From positions 6,607,260 to 6,671,259 of the forward strand of contig NC_068982.1 of the NCBI RefSeq assembly GCF_001194135.2: DNA of 64,000 nucleotides. The letters are read 5' to 3'. Position 1 is the stretch's first letter; every line of letters begins with the position of its first letter. Below, in pieces: positions 12,346-24,780 of this stretch. Below the pieces are notes generated by a model. It was given only the letters and a program-made list of their open reading frames with translations. It was not told the origin of the DNA and ran no database searches. The position numbers were made by a program, and so were the translations under genes. The DNA comes from Octopus bimaculoides (lineage: Eukaryota).

Positions 12346-13453
12346 TCCAAGGTATGCATGACAACCAATATTTTTAGACGCAGTTCACCACTGCTCATAG
12401 CATACACCTGCTATGACCTTTTACAAAAAGTTTTGTCTTCTTCAACTCAATGAAGGAGATCCTCCTCAGTTGAAACCCGACCATCTTTTCTGAGACTCTA
12501 CACACTTTACTTCCAAGCATCATTATAAACATTATAAAAGAGAGCAAAAATGTCATAATTTTGTGTGCAGGCACAACAGAGGCGAAGGTCAATCTGTGCC
12601 AAGTGGCTTCACCCTGCATATTTTAATTCTGTTGCCATAGTAACAGTAACAGTCCCAATACGTTTTAATCAGACCACCTATAATATCTACAAAGAGATAG
12701 AAATTTCTTCACCTCACAACAGTATATGTGTGTGTCGCAAGCCACTGATGGAGCTTTTTTGACCTGCTAGACATAGCAGCCAAATCTCCTCAAAACACAT
12801 TCTGACATCTTTAATAAAACAAACAAAAAATGTACAGATTGGGTAACGTGGTTTTGTTACATTTGGTCTGAAGAAATGGAAGGAAAAAGATCCATTTAGG
12901 CATTGCTCTGCTCGGAATAGGGCTGACCTGGGGCTAAACATTAACAACAGTCCCTACTATTATCAAACATTGACAACAACAATCCAATGAGGGATCCTCT
13001 AATTAGTCAATTAACCAGCTAAAAATAACAGTTGCTCTCCTTCAAGTTACATTCTGTTGTCTTAAAAAGGACTATGTACACAATATTGTGTAGTCCTAGA
13101 TATACTACGTCTGAAAATAAGTTGGTATGGACAAGCTAGAACAATATTTATGATAATATAAACAGCAACAAGAACAACAATGTTAAATTTCTATTGCTAA
13201 TATTTGATCTTTTTTTGTTGTTGTTTCTTTTTTTTGTTGCCTTCGAAATGTTTCTCATTTCCTGTCTTCTTTCCAAGCAACAACAACAACTACAACAACA
13301 CTCACAAAGAAGACAATAATAAAAATAAAATATTTCCATAAATCTCACCTCGGCAACATCATTAAAAACCGTATATCATGAACAACAACAACAGCAACAA
13401 CAACATCGAATGCAACTGCCATAAAGTCACCAATATTAAAAATAGCAACCATA

Positions 13454-14195
13454 GCAGGTGTGGCTGGGTGGTAAGAAGTTTGCTTCCCAACCACATGGTT
13501 CCAGGTTCAGTCCTACTGCTTGACACCTAGGCTAAGTGCCCTTATATTATATGCACAAGTGACCAAAACCTTGTGAGTGAATTTGGTAGATGAAAACTGA
13601 AAGAAGCCCCTGATATATATATTCTTTTATTCTTTTACTTGTTTCAGTCATTTGACTGCAGTCATGCTGGAGCACTGCTTTTAGTCAGACAAATCAACCC
13701 CAGGTCTTATTCTTTGTAAGCCTAGTACTTATTTTATCGGTCTCTTTTGCTGAAACGCTAAGTTACAGGGACACAAACACACCAACATCAGTTGTCAAGC
13801 AATGGTGAGAGAGGACAAACAGACACACAAACATATATATTTATACATATATGACAGGCTTTTTTCAGTTTCTGTCTACGAAATCCACTCACAAGGCTGT
13901 GGCCAGCCTGAGACTATAGTTGAAGACACTTGCCCAGAGTGCCATGCAGTGGTACTGAACTCAGAACCATGGGGTTGGGAAGCAAGCTTCTTACCACACA
14001 GCCACACCTGTATGATATGGATATATCATATGTTCTTGTGTCTGCATTTGTCCCCCACCACGTGTTGACCAGTGTTGCCCTGTAACTTAGCAGTCTGGCA
14101 ACAGAGACTATTAGAAGACGTACCAGGTTTAAAAATAAAATAAAATAAACGGGAATCGATTATTTCAACTAAAATTCCTCAAAGTAGGACCCCAG
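13454..14195. mobile_element. nested SINE family A: plus copy (13454-13612, 14030-14195) interrupted by minus copy (13625-14008)
   Basis: Head and tail halves of the plus copy flank a full reverse copy inserted at the internal (TA)n. Confidence 0.8.
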
Positions 14196-14215
14196 CATCT
14201 CTCTCTCTCTCTCTC

Positions 14216-14652
14216 TTGTGTCATGCCCAATTCATGCCGCTGATGAACCATGGTTTGTTCCTCCTTCATTTATTTCTGTCTCACAACATCACCCAAGTCT
14301 TTCTCGCTCTGCACATTCATTCTCTTCATCCAGTCGAACATCTTCAGCCTCTGCCTTCCTCTCGCTCTCCCTCCCACCAGCTCAGTCTCCTCCATATAAC
14401 GCTCCAATCCGTCATCCTCTCTGAGAAAATGACCAACAAATCTCCACTGTCTCTTTCTCTCTGATAGTATCCATCAACTGTCTCTTCACTTTCATCTTCT
14501 TCATCACTTCCACATTCGTCACCCTCTGTACCCATGAGATTCTCAGCATTTTTCTATAAAACCATATTTCTGCAGCTTTCAGTCTCTTTTCCATGACCTT
14601 ACTTATCGTCCAAGACTCACATCCATATGGACATCCATATGGACATCCATAC
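14216..14652 (-). pseudogene. RTE-clade LINE 3' end (RT C-terminal region)
   Basis: YGCESWTISKVMEKRLKAAEIWFYRKMLRISWVQRVTNVEVM...RQWRFVGHFLRE...GGRARGRQRLKMFDWMK, with (AG)n next to the 3' end. Confidence 0.9.
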
Positions 14653-15884
14653 TGCTGACTAATGACTGAAACAAAAGATGAAAGAGAGCAACTCTGAAGA
14701 GGAGGTTCCACATTGTCATTCCAACAGTTAGAAATAGCAGCCAGTCTCTGTCAAAAAATAGACTTTAGCCTTAAAAAGAAAAATACATGGGATAATGTGG
14801 CTGAAGGTTCCTTATTTTTAGGAAAAAGATGGGATGGTCACTGTTGGAATTACTATGCTTTTGATCATAGACCTACTTGATCAGGTATAATTTAGGGTTA
14901 AAGAACAATGATAAAACCAGTAACAAATCCAACAACAACACCAGCCAAAGTGGGGCCCTGTATGGTCGACTAAGAATATCCGCTTCCACATGTGTCGTGT
15001 CCATTCTTCAATCTCTGGCAAAAGACATTAATTCTATGAGCAAAGTTTGGCTTTATGATAATGCATAAGATGAAGAAACATGGCCAATAAAAGAAATGAT
15101 TACAGAATATTTTCAGTATTGATTTTATGTGCTGGGTGATATTAAAGAATATGTGTTAGATAACCAACTAAACATTAGAGACACTAATAAGAACTAGCAA
15201 AAGAGAAAGAAACATTGGCAGAAGCATGTCTGCCAAATAGATGATATTCATAAATTTAATTCAAAAGGTAGGCAAAATAAATAAAAGATACTTATTTGTA
15301 TAAATTAAATTCAATCTCTGAAATAGAAGCCGTCATCTTTGTTGTCAGTCGTCATTGTCATCATTTTACATCCATTTTCTATGTTGGCATGAGTTGAACG
15401 ATTTGACAAAAGCTGGAGAGCTATGTCAGGCTCCAATTGTCTGCTGCTTTGGCATGGTTTCTACTGCTGGATGCCTTTCCTTATGCCAACGACTTTCCAA
15501 AGTGTACTCGGTCATTTCATGCAGCATCGCCATGGATTGACTCATAAAATGTCACAGAATATCATCAATGCAAAACCTGTTGACCATCAGACAATTATAT
15601 CCAAGACTTTAAATGTTAAAAAAATCCTTTCAAATATTAAACACCCATGGATTCACGGCTTGTCCTCGGTGTACATTGCATGAAATATGCACGAGGGAAG
15701 TTTTACACTGGATATTTCTGCAGAAGGCATTGAAGTTGGCCCATATGCAATTCAATCACATATTAACATGGCTATGGCTATTTTCATCCAGGAAATACTT
15801 AATGATGTCTGGACTTGACTATGATTGCTTAGTAACCCCCTTCGGACTCAACCTTTGGCACACGCTACATTTTGAAAATGTGAA

Positions 15885-16115
15885 GACACATGGCATTAGA
15901 AGTTTGAGATATTGCACTCATGATCCCAAGATCATGGTTTTGACTCTCAGACTGGCTGCGCATTGTGTTCTTCAGGAAAATGTTTCATTTCTTGCTGCAC
16001 CAGTCCACTCAGCTGTAAAGGGGTGCACCCAGCTATGGACTAGACTTTCAATCACAAGGAATGTTAGCCTGTTCACCTCGCCAGCAATGTGGCATCGTTT
16101 GTAAGCTGAAATAAT
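15885..16115 (+). mobile_element. tRNA-derived SINE (family E), second copy at 19655-19820 minus
   Basis: Decayed tRNA head followed by GTTCTT(C)AGGAAAA...TTCATTTC...CCAGTCCACTCAGC, shared by both copies. Confidence 0.6.
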
Positions 16116-16929
16116 GTGAAACATACCATGACCAGCATGTACAAAAACATCTGATAGTCTATTCCAGTGCTTCTTAAACTATGAGTCACAACCCCAAATG
16201 GAATCACAAAGCGAAATGCTGGGGTTGCAAAAATTAGATTCAAACATTTGAATTTTAGTTTAGCTGTTATTTCACAAATGCACAAATAATAAAACTACTT
16301 TTATTTTGACAAATAATATAACTACTTTATTTCATATGTTCAGCAAAAAAAAAAAAAAATGATTTATGCATTTATTTGTATGTTTTGTTTCATATCTAAT
16401 ACCTGGTGTCGCAAAAATCTCGTGAACAAAAATGGTGTCATGAATGAAAAAAGTTTAAGAAGTGCTGATCTATTCAATACTGTGATACTGTAAATTCGAA
16501 AATTAATGTTAAAACAATGCTGATTATAATCCTTTTCTTTACTCTGAGTAAAGAAGATCATAAAAGATATGTCAATAATTAGTTAAATATATAACAATAG
16601 TTATACATAAATCAATCAATATTTTTTTATTAATAATAAGTCTTATCTTTTGCTTAGGACATGAACAACTTTTGTAATAAAAAATGTGTAATCACCTTAT
16701 CTTGCTCTTATTTAATGTTGGTACTTTATTAGAAACATGAAAGGCAAAACAGATTCTAACATTCAAAATCAGTAAATAGAGACATTTACTCTAGCATATT
16801 TTTTCCCCCTAATAACACTCTGCCAAAATTAATATAGTTTGTATCTGAAGTTGTTCACATATAATAGCTGAAGCAAAATCCACTATTTAGCTTAACCCTT
16901 TAAGTCTCAGAGTAATTAAATTTCTACCA

Positions 16930-17130
16930 CCTGACTGGCCCTCGTGCCAGTGGCACGTAAAAGCACCCACTACACTCTCGGAGTGATTGGCGTTAGGAAG
17001 AGCATCCAGCTGTAGAAACTCTGCCAGATCAGATTGGAGCCTGGTGTAGCCATCTGGTTCACCAGTCCTCAGTCAAATTGTCCAACCCATGCTAGCATGG
17101 AAAGTGGACGTTAAACGATGATGATGATGA
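16930..17130 (+). mobile_element. retroposon family C
   Basis: Near-consensus AAAAGCACCCACTACACTCTCGGAGTG...GGACGTTAAACGATGATG. Confidence 0.9.
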
Positions 17131-17789
17131 TTGAAAATAGGTTTAAAAAAAGAAAAAAATAATTATTAAAACTCCTTTACTTCAAATAGAAATGAAAATA
17201 TTCAGTGTCCTATTTATAGGACAGTGGGACTTAATGGGTTAAAATATGATGTCTGCATCTTATTTCCTAAGCTGTTTACAAAGGATCATATTTTCCTGTA
17301 CGTATTCTCAGCTATTTAAATGGTTGGCCACTGATTTGCAGGTTTTCTATCAACAAAATTTGTTGCAATGAATCTTGAAATATCCAGTTGAGCAGAAGAT
17401 ATACACATTACCATTTCTGGAATTTTATGTACATGTACACCTTGTTTTACTTTCACAAATGTCTTTAGAGAATGGATCGTTCTTGGTTTGCTTGTTTGCT
17501 TTGAACCACTTGTTGTTCACAACTCTAAATATTAAGAAATAGATGTTTAAATATTCAGAGGGGTGCAAAAGTTGGTATTCAGTTACAAAAAAAAAAAGGA
17601 AACACATACAATACTCATTTATTTTTATCAAAAAAATTAAAAGTTACAATAAAAGTACTATTATAGTCATGATAAATGTATTATTATATTATGAAAATAT
17701 CAAAAATGAAGCTATCTTTTAATTTTATTTTTGATAATAATAAATGAGTATTGTATATGCTTCCTTTTTTCATAACTGTACACATACTT

Positions 17790-17925
17790 ATATATTATTT
17801 ACATTTGATGGATATTTGTTCTCATCTTGTTTGTTGTTAACACAATGTTTCGGCTGATATACCCTCCAGCATTCATCAGGTGTCTTGGGAAATTTCAAAC
17901 CTGGGTTCTCGTTCCTAAGGTATTT
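17790..17925 (-). mobile_element. HHR-carrying element, headless reverse copy (copy 2)
   Basis: Reverse complement of 18097-18233. Confidence 0.8.
17839..17884 (-). ncRNA. minimal type I hammerhead motif (core intact, stem III ACGT>ACAT)
   Basis: GACAC-CTGATGA-A-TGCTG..CAGCC-GAAA-CAT-T-GTGTT on the minus strand. Confidence 0.75.
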
Positions 17926-17944
17926 TTTGTTGTTGTTGTTGTTA

Positions 17945-17982
<38 letters not shown>

Positions 17983-17986
<4 letters not shown>

Positions 17987-18268
17987 GCCCACGGGCATAT
18001 GGCATAGTGTTCAAGAGTGCAGGCTACTAACCCCAAGATTCCGAGTTTGATTCTAAGCAATGACATGAATAATAATAATAATAATAATAATATCAGAAAA
18101 ATACCTTAGGAATGAGAACCCAGGTTTGAAATTTCCCCAAGACACATGATGAAAGCTGGAGAGTATATCAGCCGAAACGTTGTGTTAACAACAAACAAGA
18201 TGAGGACGAATATCCGTCAAATGTAAATAATGTACATAATTTCTCATCTCTTAAATATAGAACTGTAT
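17983..18268 (+). mobile_element. tRNA-headed SINE-like element carrying a hammerhead motif (copy 3, most complete)
   Basis: ATATGCCC-AC-GGGCATAT palindrome, A-box-like TGGCATAGTG, anticodon-like GG-CTACTAA-CC, B-box-like GAGTTTGATTC (18043-18053), (AAT)n, HHR. Confidence 0.85.
18141..18186 (+). ncRNA. minimal type I hammerhead motif (C3>A mutant)
   Basis: GACAC-ATGATGA-A-AGCTG..CAGCC-GAAA-CGT-T-GTGTT. Confidence 0.75.
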
Positions 18269-19849
18269 ACATACTTTTGCACCGTCCCTTTCAGTTCTAA
18301 TGGCTCCCTTAAAACTCAGTGTGAATCATTATGATGATGATAACTTTTTTCTTTCCAATATTCAAATGGCTTCCAGTCCTCCAATGTCAACTTTTTCTCA
18401 ACTATAGCTTTAATCTCCATGCTTTCCAAACCTGTTGACTGTTCACCTCTACATCAAGACATCGAGTTGTTTCTGAAAGAGGGGAAACACAAAACTCATC
18501 AAACTGAGCCCAAACAATGTGTGTGTGTGTGTGTACATATATAATTGTGTTTAACTGTCTCCTTGCCTTGACTTCATGTGATTGTTGTAAACGAATATCA
18601 CCGACATGCATGTGGTGTCCTCCATTTCATCTTCCCTAACAATAGTTGGTCATGGGGAAATATTACCAGGCTCAGAATCAGATGAGAGTTGGTGATGAGA
18701 AGAAGAGCATCTGGCTGTAGAAAATCTGCTTCATAAACATTTTATCTCTGATCTACACAAGCATAGAAAAATGGACATTAAAACGATGATGACGTTGGTG
18801 GTGGTGATGATGATGATGACGATGGTGATGGTGATGATGATGATGGGCGTTTTACAACATAACTTGATTAAAGTGAAGTGTTAAGGGCAATAGATGGAGT
18901 GAAATACGGGCAATAAAAAACCAGTGAAATTCAAAGTCAAGCTAATGCTGGGTTTAATATATTTAAAATGTAGATTCTGAACATAACCAAACATAAGTTT
19001 ATCACTTCATCTTTATAACAAATGAAAGGAAGATAATCTTCCCACTAACCTGCTCACCCATTTATTTTCACCCAAAACTGTTTTGGTATAAAATATCTTT
19101 ATAATGAGGCGCAAGAAAAGAGCATAATTGCATTGACTTGGACAAAACTGAACTGCACTAGACCAGACTGGAATGCATTAGCAAAATATGTGATCACATA
19201 ATATTCCAAACTGATTTTGTATGACTTGTGTATTATTTGATTCCATGTATTCATAATTTGAAGCAGAAAACAAGGGAGATATAATTAAATATTTATTCTA
19301 TGTTCACTCGGCTTAGAATACATTCCAGTTTTGATGTGTTGTAAGAGAAATTTCACACATGGGCGATAAATATGTGAACTCTTGTTATCTATTTTATATC
19401 ACAATTGGTGAAAAATAGTATCATTGTTAAGAGGCTTTCAAAGGGCCAATCACTGGTGCCTTGCATTTTGATGGCTTGAGTTACAAGGGGCTATGTGTAA
19501 TTTAGTGCATACGAACTTGTTTTCTTATAGATACTGGTAGCGAAAAAAATGCATACATTCACACAAGCAAACCCAGACGATACATGTCATCCGCCTCGTC
19601 ATCGTCATTTAATATATATCTGCCATACTGGGGTAGGCCAATATTCCTTCTGATTGGAAGACTATTCCATCACAGGGTGATCTATTCACTGCTGAGTGGA
19701 CTGGACCCATGGGAAATGAAGTGTTTTCCTCAAGAATACAATACACTACCTAGTCTGGGAATCAAACCCACGATCTAGTGACTGTGAGTACAATATTGAA
19801 ACCACCAGGTCATGCACCTTTATATAATTATATATATAGTCGTGGCCTA

Positions 19850-20168
19850 TGCCAATGGCGCCTCATTGGTGGCATTGGCATAGGCCACATTGGCATAAGC
19901 CACCTGTGCTAGTGACATGTAAAAAGCATCATTCGAGCATGACTGATACCAGTGCTGCCTGACTGGCTTCTGTGCCAGTGACAAGTAAAAAGCACCCACT
20001 ACACTCTTGGAGTGGTTGGCGTTAGGAAGGGCATCGACCTGTAGAAACTTTGCCAGATCAGATTGGAGCCTGGTGCAGCCTCCTGGCTCACCAGTCCCCA
20101 GTCAAACCGTCCAACCCATGCCAGCATGGAAAGTGAACATTAAACAACAACAATGATGATGATGATGA
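19850..20168 (+). mobile_element. retroposon family C
   Basis: Tandem units plus RTE-like tail. Confidence 0.85.
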
Positions 20169-20174
20169 CATATA

Positions 20175-20211
<37 letters not shown>

Positions 20212-20270
20212 ATGTATGTATATGTATATATATTCATATACACATGTATTTATGATATATATATATGTTG

Positions 20271-20315
<45 letters not shown>

Positions 20316-21046
20316 CTCTTCCACAAGCCCCTTCCTACACAGCTACTCCGCCTGTCTGACTACACCACCCCTAACTCTCATTTGCATTACTCCACCTACT
20401 AAAGAACAAAAACAAACAAAACTATACAATGCCAAAAAAGATCAAAGTAAGCCACAGTGTGATGACAGCTGGCCAGCCAAAACTTTGAACCATTGTCAAG
20501 CTTTTATTAGTCAAAATTAATAAAACACATACAGATACGTGTGTATATGTGTGCGTATGGGTGTGTATGAATATTTATCTGTCTATCTATCTATCTATCT
20601 AGCTATATATATATATATATATATATATNNNNNNNNNNNNNNNNNNNNNNNNNNNNNNNNNNNNNNNNNNNNNNNNNNNNNNNNNNNNNNNNNNNNNNNN
20701 NNNNNNNNNNNNNNNNNNNNNNNNNNNNNNNNNNNNNNNNNNNNNNNNNNNNNNNNNNNNNNNNNNNNNNNNNNNNNNNNNNNNNNNNNNNNNNNNNNNN
20801 NNNNNNTGATTATATATATATATATATATATATATGATTATATATATATATATATATATATATGATTATATATATATATATATATATGATTATACACATA
20901 TATATTAAATTATATATAAATACACATATATATACATATATCAATTGCTAGTGACAGAAGCAGTATTAATAGCAAAAAGCAATCTTTATGACTTACTTAA
21001 TACAAATGTTTTATTAAAACACTGAATACTGCATTATTTACTTTTA

Positions 21047-21284
21047 GAGGTCCTTTATATGGACTCACGGTGCATAAAAGCACTCATATTTATATTGTTG
21101 CTAGACAAGGATCATCTGGTGTAGGTACTGGAATTGCCAGACTTTGACTGTCAGCCACTGATGAAACTGAATGAATCGAAATACATGATCTGGTAGTTCT
21201 TGCACCTGTAACAGGTGATTCTCGCCTGCTTCCAATTTAACTAGGAGTGCTTTTATGCACCATTTGTCCACATGAGGGATCCTC
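21047..21284. mobile_element. inverted-repeat (MITE-like or fold-back) element
   Basis: Perfect 17-bp IR GGTGCATAAAAGCACTC (21069-21085 / 21245-21261) extending imperfectly to about 40 bp; termini GAG..CTC. Confidence 0.65.
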
Positions 21285-21680
21285 TCAAGATAAATGATGT
21301 AGTATTCTATGTTCTAACAAAACAGTTATGTTAAGGTGGTCATAGGCCTGGGTGTATATGAGACAATCTCTATCATCCATTTTTTTTTACGAGGGCATAG
21401 CCACAACAAGACCGGTAGAATGCAGTCACCGTATTCCCTACATGGCATAAGAGGTGACTAAAAGGGGCAGGGGCAGAGGGACCGAGAATCTATTCCTCCT
21501 AGTAATTTCATATTCCTAAAAAGACAAGGGGTGGGAGAAGGTTAGCACCTAATCTCACCCAAATATTAGGGTCATGGTTTGAGTTCCAATACGTGTGTGT
21601 ATGTAAATAAAGGAAGAAGTAGAAAATCAGGTGGGATTAAATGTGATGATTTATTCAATACATTAAAGAGTATTGAAATA

Positions 21681-22315
21681 CATCATCATCATCATTTAAC
21701 GTCTATTTTCCATGCTGGCATGGGTTGGATGGTTTAACTGGGGATTGACAAACCAGGAGGCTGCACCAATCTGATCTGGCAGTGTTTCAACAGCTAGATG
21801 TGTTTCCTAGCACCAACATCTCTGAAAGTGTAGTGGGCGCTTTTTATGTGCCATCGGCATGGGAGCTAGTGAGGCGGCACTGGCGTCGACCACGTTCAGA
21901 TAGTGCTTTTTACTTGCTACCAGCACAGGAGCCAGTCGGGATGGGGAGACTGGCATTGACCATGTTCGGACAGTCCCACCTGACTGGCTTCCATGCTGGT
22001 GGCACATAAAAAGCACCATTCGAGCATGATCGATGCCTGTGCCACCTGACTGGCTTCCATGTCGGTGGCACATAAAAAGCACCATTTGAGCATGACCGAT
22101 ACCAGTTCCACCTGACTGGCTCCCATACCAGTGTCACATAAAAGCACCCACTACACTCAGAGCAGTTGGCGTTAGGAAGGGCATCCACTTGTAGAAACCT
22201 TGCCAGATCATATTGGAGCCTAGTGTGCAGCCTCCTGGCTTGCCAGTCCTCAGTCAAACTGTCCAACCCATGCCAGCATGGAAAACAAATGTTAAACGAC
22301 GATGATGATGATGAT
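21681..22315. mobile_element. two family C copies head-to-head (minus 21681-21965, plus 21966-22315)
   Basis: (CAT)n tail at left, (GAT)n tail at right, tandem units in both orientations. Confidence 0.85.
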
Positions 22316-22942
22316 TTCTTTATTGATTATTTTTACAAAGAGCTGGGTGTAATCTGAGAGAGATTTGGCTGGCAGACTTCATAAATTTGAGCGACCATTT
22401 AAAGGTTTCCTTGTGGGTTCTTTTCTAATTATTATTTTACTTGGACTTTCTTGTAATTACACACACTTGTATACAAAAATGCACATTTCATCCAACCCAT
22501 GTCAGCATGGGAAATGGGCATAAAACGATGATTATGATAATGATACGCGTTGCCTACTGCTTTCTACTCCTTAATGGAACCATAGGGGTATCGTCGTGAT
22601 GTACTGTGAGTCTTGCACATTCATAAACCTGGCAATGTCCATTTCTCTTCCGGCCTGATCATATCTAATTTCTTCTAGAGGAGAGAAAGACAGATGAAAA
22701 CAAAGGAAGTGTGTGTGTGAGAGAGAGAGAAAGAGAGAGAAGAATTTCTCTTTGTCCAGTGGTAAGTAAGGGCAATTATTTATCAGCCCTGAAAGGATGA
22801 AGTACAAAGTTGACCATGGCAGAACTTGAACTCAAAACACAGGCACTCATGATTAGTGAAAAGTTATCTGTCCAATACTCTAATGACTCTGCCAATTGAC
22901 TGCCTTATATGTGTGTGCTTTCATACATACATACACAGACAC

Positions 22943-22975
<33 letters not shown>

Positions 22976-23370
22976 CATACCTATGTATGTATACACACAC
23001 GCAACCACACACGTTTTTTGTGAAACTTATACTATTTATAGTAAATTTTTGTTGTGCTTTTTAGATGTAATTATATTTGCATATATTTTTATTGTAATGC
23101 AGATACATGTCTAAAGTTGAACTTTTTCCAAGTTTCTATGCAGCATAAAGCATTTGAGATTTACTGCTGATTTAAATTTTTTTTGACTTAGAAAGATATT
23201 GTCTTTAGGATGTATTTTATATATTTTCTTCTCATTATAATTTGATATGCAACACATGAAATAGAAACAATTCTAACAGAAATGTATATTTATTCAGCGA
23301 GAGATTTAGAGGAAGTCATGTTTCTTGTTTAGTGGATTTGTGTTCCAATGAAAATGGTGTCTGCTTGGAC

Positions 23371-24015
23371 CAACATTTTTCAACGTATTTTTCCGGTGGC
23401 CCACTTTTTAATAACAGATTTTCTAATGTTTCACTTTTTAATAATAGATTTCCTAATGTCTCACTTTTTAATAACAAAAAATCTGGTGCCCATCAACATT
23501 GTTTTTATATAGAAAAACGATTTTTAATTCAGTTACCTGGTTGATGAATACCTCAACTCTTTTAGCGAGAACCCTGTGCCTGGTGCATACGGCATAGACC
23601 CTTGATTTGAGGAGACGATTTCGTTAACTTCAGCTGTCAATCGCCACATTTTGTAAGTTCAAGTCGGTTTCTCTTGGCTTCCAGCAAATTGTCAACTGCA
23701 CTGAATCCACATTTGACCAAATAAGATGAAGGAAAATGAATCAATAATTCTCTTGGACAATAGATATTGAAACAGAGAAACAAACGCCTAACAGATGCAG
23801 ATACCTCACACAGTACTCTGATTGGTCGTAGCTACATCGATTCCCATGGTTTAAATATAAATATTGATTGGCAATATATTTCTTTCCTATTTCAATGTCC
23901 AAAGATAGGCTTAGGGTCAACAAATGTGCGCTCAAGTCACTTTCAAAAAGTTTCACGGCCCATGCTCACACCTGCCCCACCCTAATTTCCCCACTCTCCA
24001 CATTGGGAGACACGG
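23371..24015 (-). mobile_element. internally deleted hAT (Buster/Charlie-like) transposon
   Basis: 23565-23735 reads SYLVKCGFSAVDNLLEAKRNRLELTKCGD*QLKLTKSSPQIKGLCRMHQAQGSR* (hAT C-terminal dimerisation region). Ends flanked by GC(T/C)TGGACCAACAT direct repeats. 3 x ~31-bp internal tandem repeat at 23401-23475. Confidence 0.8.
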
Positions 24016-24489
24016 GCCTGGACCAACATGTAAGCATGGAGCTGGCTTATGCTTTCCTTACCAGCTCTATGGAAATGGACTTTTCAGTTCGATTCCAGCA
24101 TCTCTGATGGACTGTCTTTGAGATATGTTAATGGTCAAAGAAAAAGATGCTGGAAATTTAAGATGAAAGTTGATTGAACTGAAATAACATGTTTGATATG
24201 ATGAGGAGAACCTGCAGGATGAAGATATCACCCTTCAGACAACCAATCATCATGATGGCTTTAAACACTGGTGCTATATAAAAACCACCCAGTACACTCT
24301 GTAAAGAGGTTGGCATTAGGAAGGGCATCCATAGAAACTTTTCCAAAACTGCCAGTGGAATCTGGTGAGGCTTCTGGCCTTACCAGCTCCGGCAAACCAT
24401 TAAGCCAGTCCCAGCGTGGAAAACGGAAATAAGTTATTTCTTATTAAACATAAATCAAGATCGCAATCAAAATGGAAATTGTAGTTGTC

Positions 24490-24720
24490 GCTGATGCCAG
24501 TGCTGCCTGACTGGCTCCCCATGCTGGTGGCATGTGATAAGAACCATTCAAGCTTGGGTCGATGCCAATGTCACCTGACTGGCTGCCTGTGCCAATGGCA
24601 CATACAAAAGCACCATCCAAACGTGGTCGATGCCAGTCTCTGCTCGACTGGCTCCTGTGCCGGTGGCATGTAAAAAGCACCATCCGAACGTGGTCGATGT
24701 TAGTGCCGCTTGACTGGTAC
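24490..24720 (+). repeat. array of ~63-bp family C tandem units (about 4)
   Basis: Repeated GTGCC(G/A)GTGGCA..TAAAAAGCACCAT..AACGTGGTCGATG. Confidence 0.85.
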
Positions 24721-24780
24721 AAGTCTTATTTCATGAAGACAATTCGTGTATAGTTCTGCAAATTATATTGATCCTAGAGC

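Noticed and set aside
12863-12895. Other CTGANGA...GAAA matches (here, and at about 2755, 5225, 5420 and 40513)
   Set aside because: No pairable stem II or stem I; expected by chance
14619-14652. 12-bp unit GGACATCCATAT repeated three times at the RTE 5' truncation point
   Set aside because: Ordinary slippage or template-jump duplication with no sign of function
17993-18060. Possible tRNA gene
   Set aside because: No 3' acceptor strand; it is the head of a repeated element
21069-21205. Exon-like segment with ttacag acceptor and gtgagt donor on the minus strand
   Set aside because: All three frames contain a stop, and the segment lies inside an inverted-repeat element
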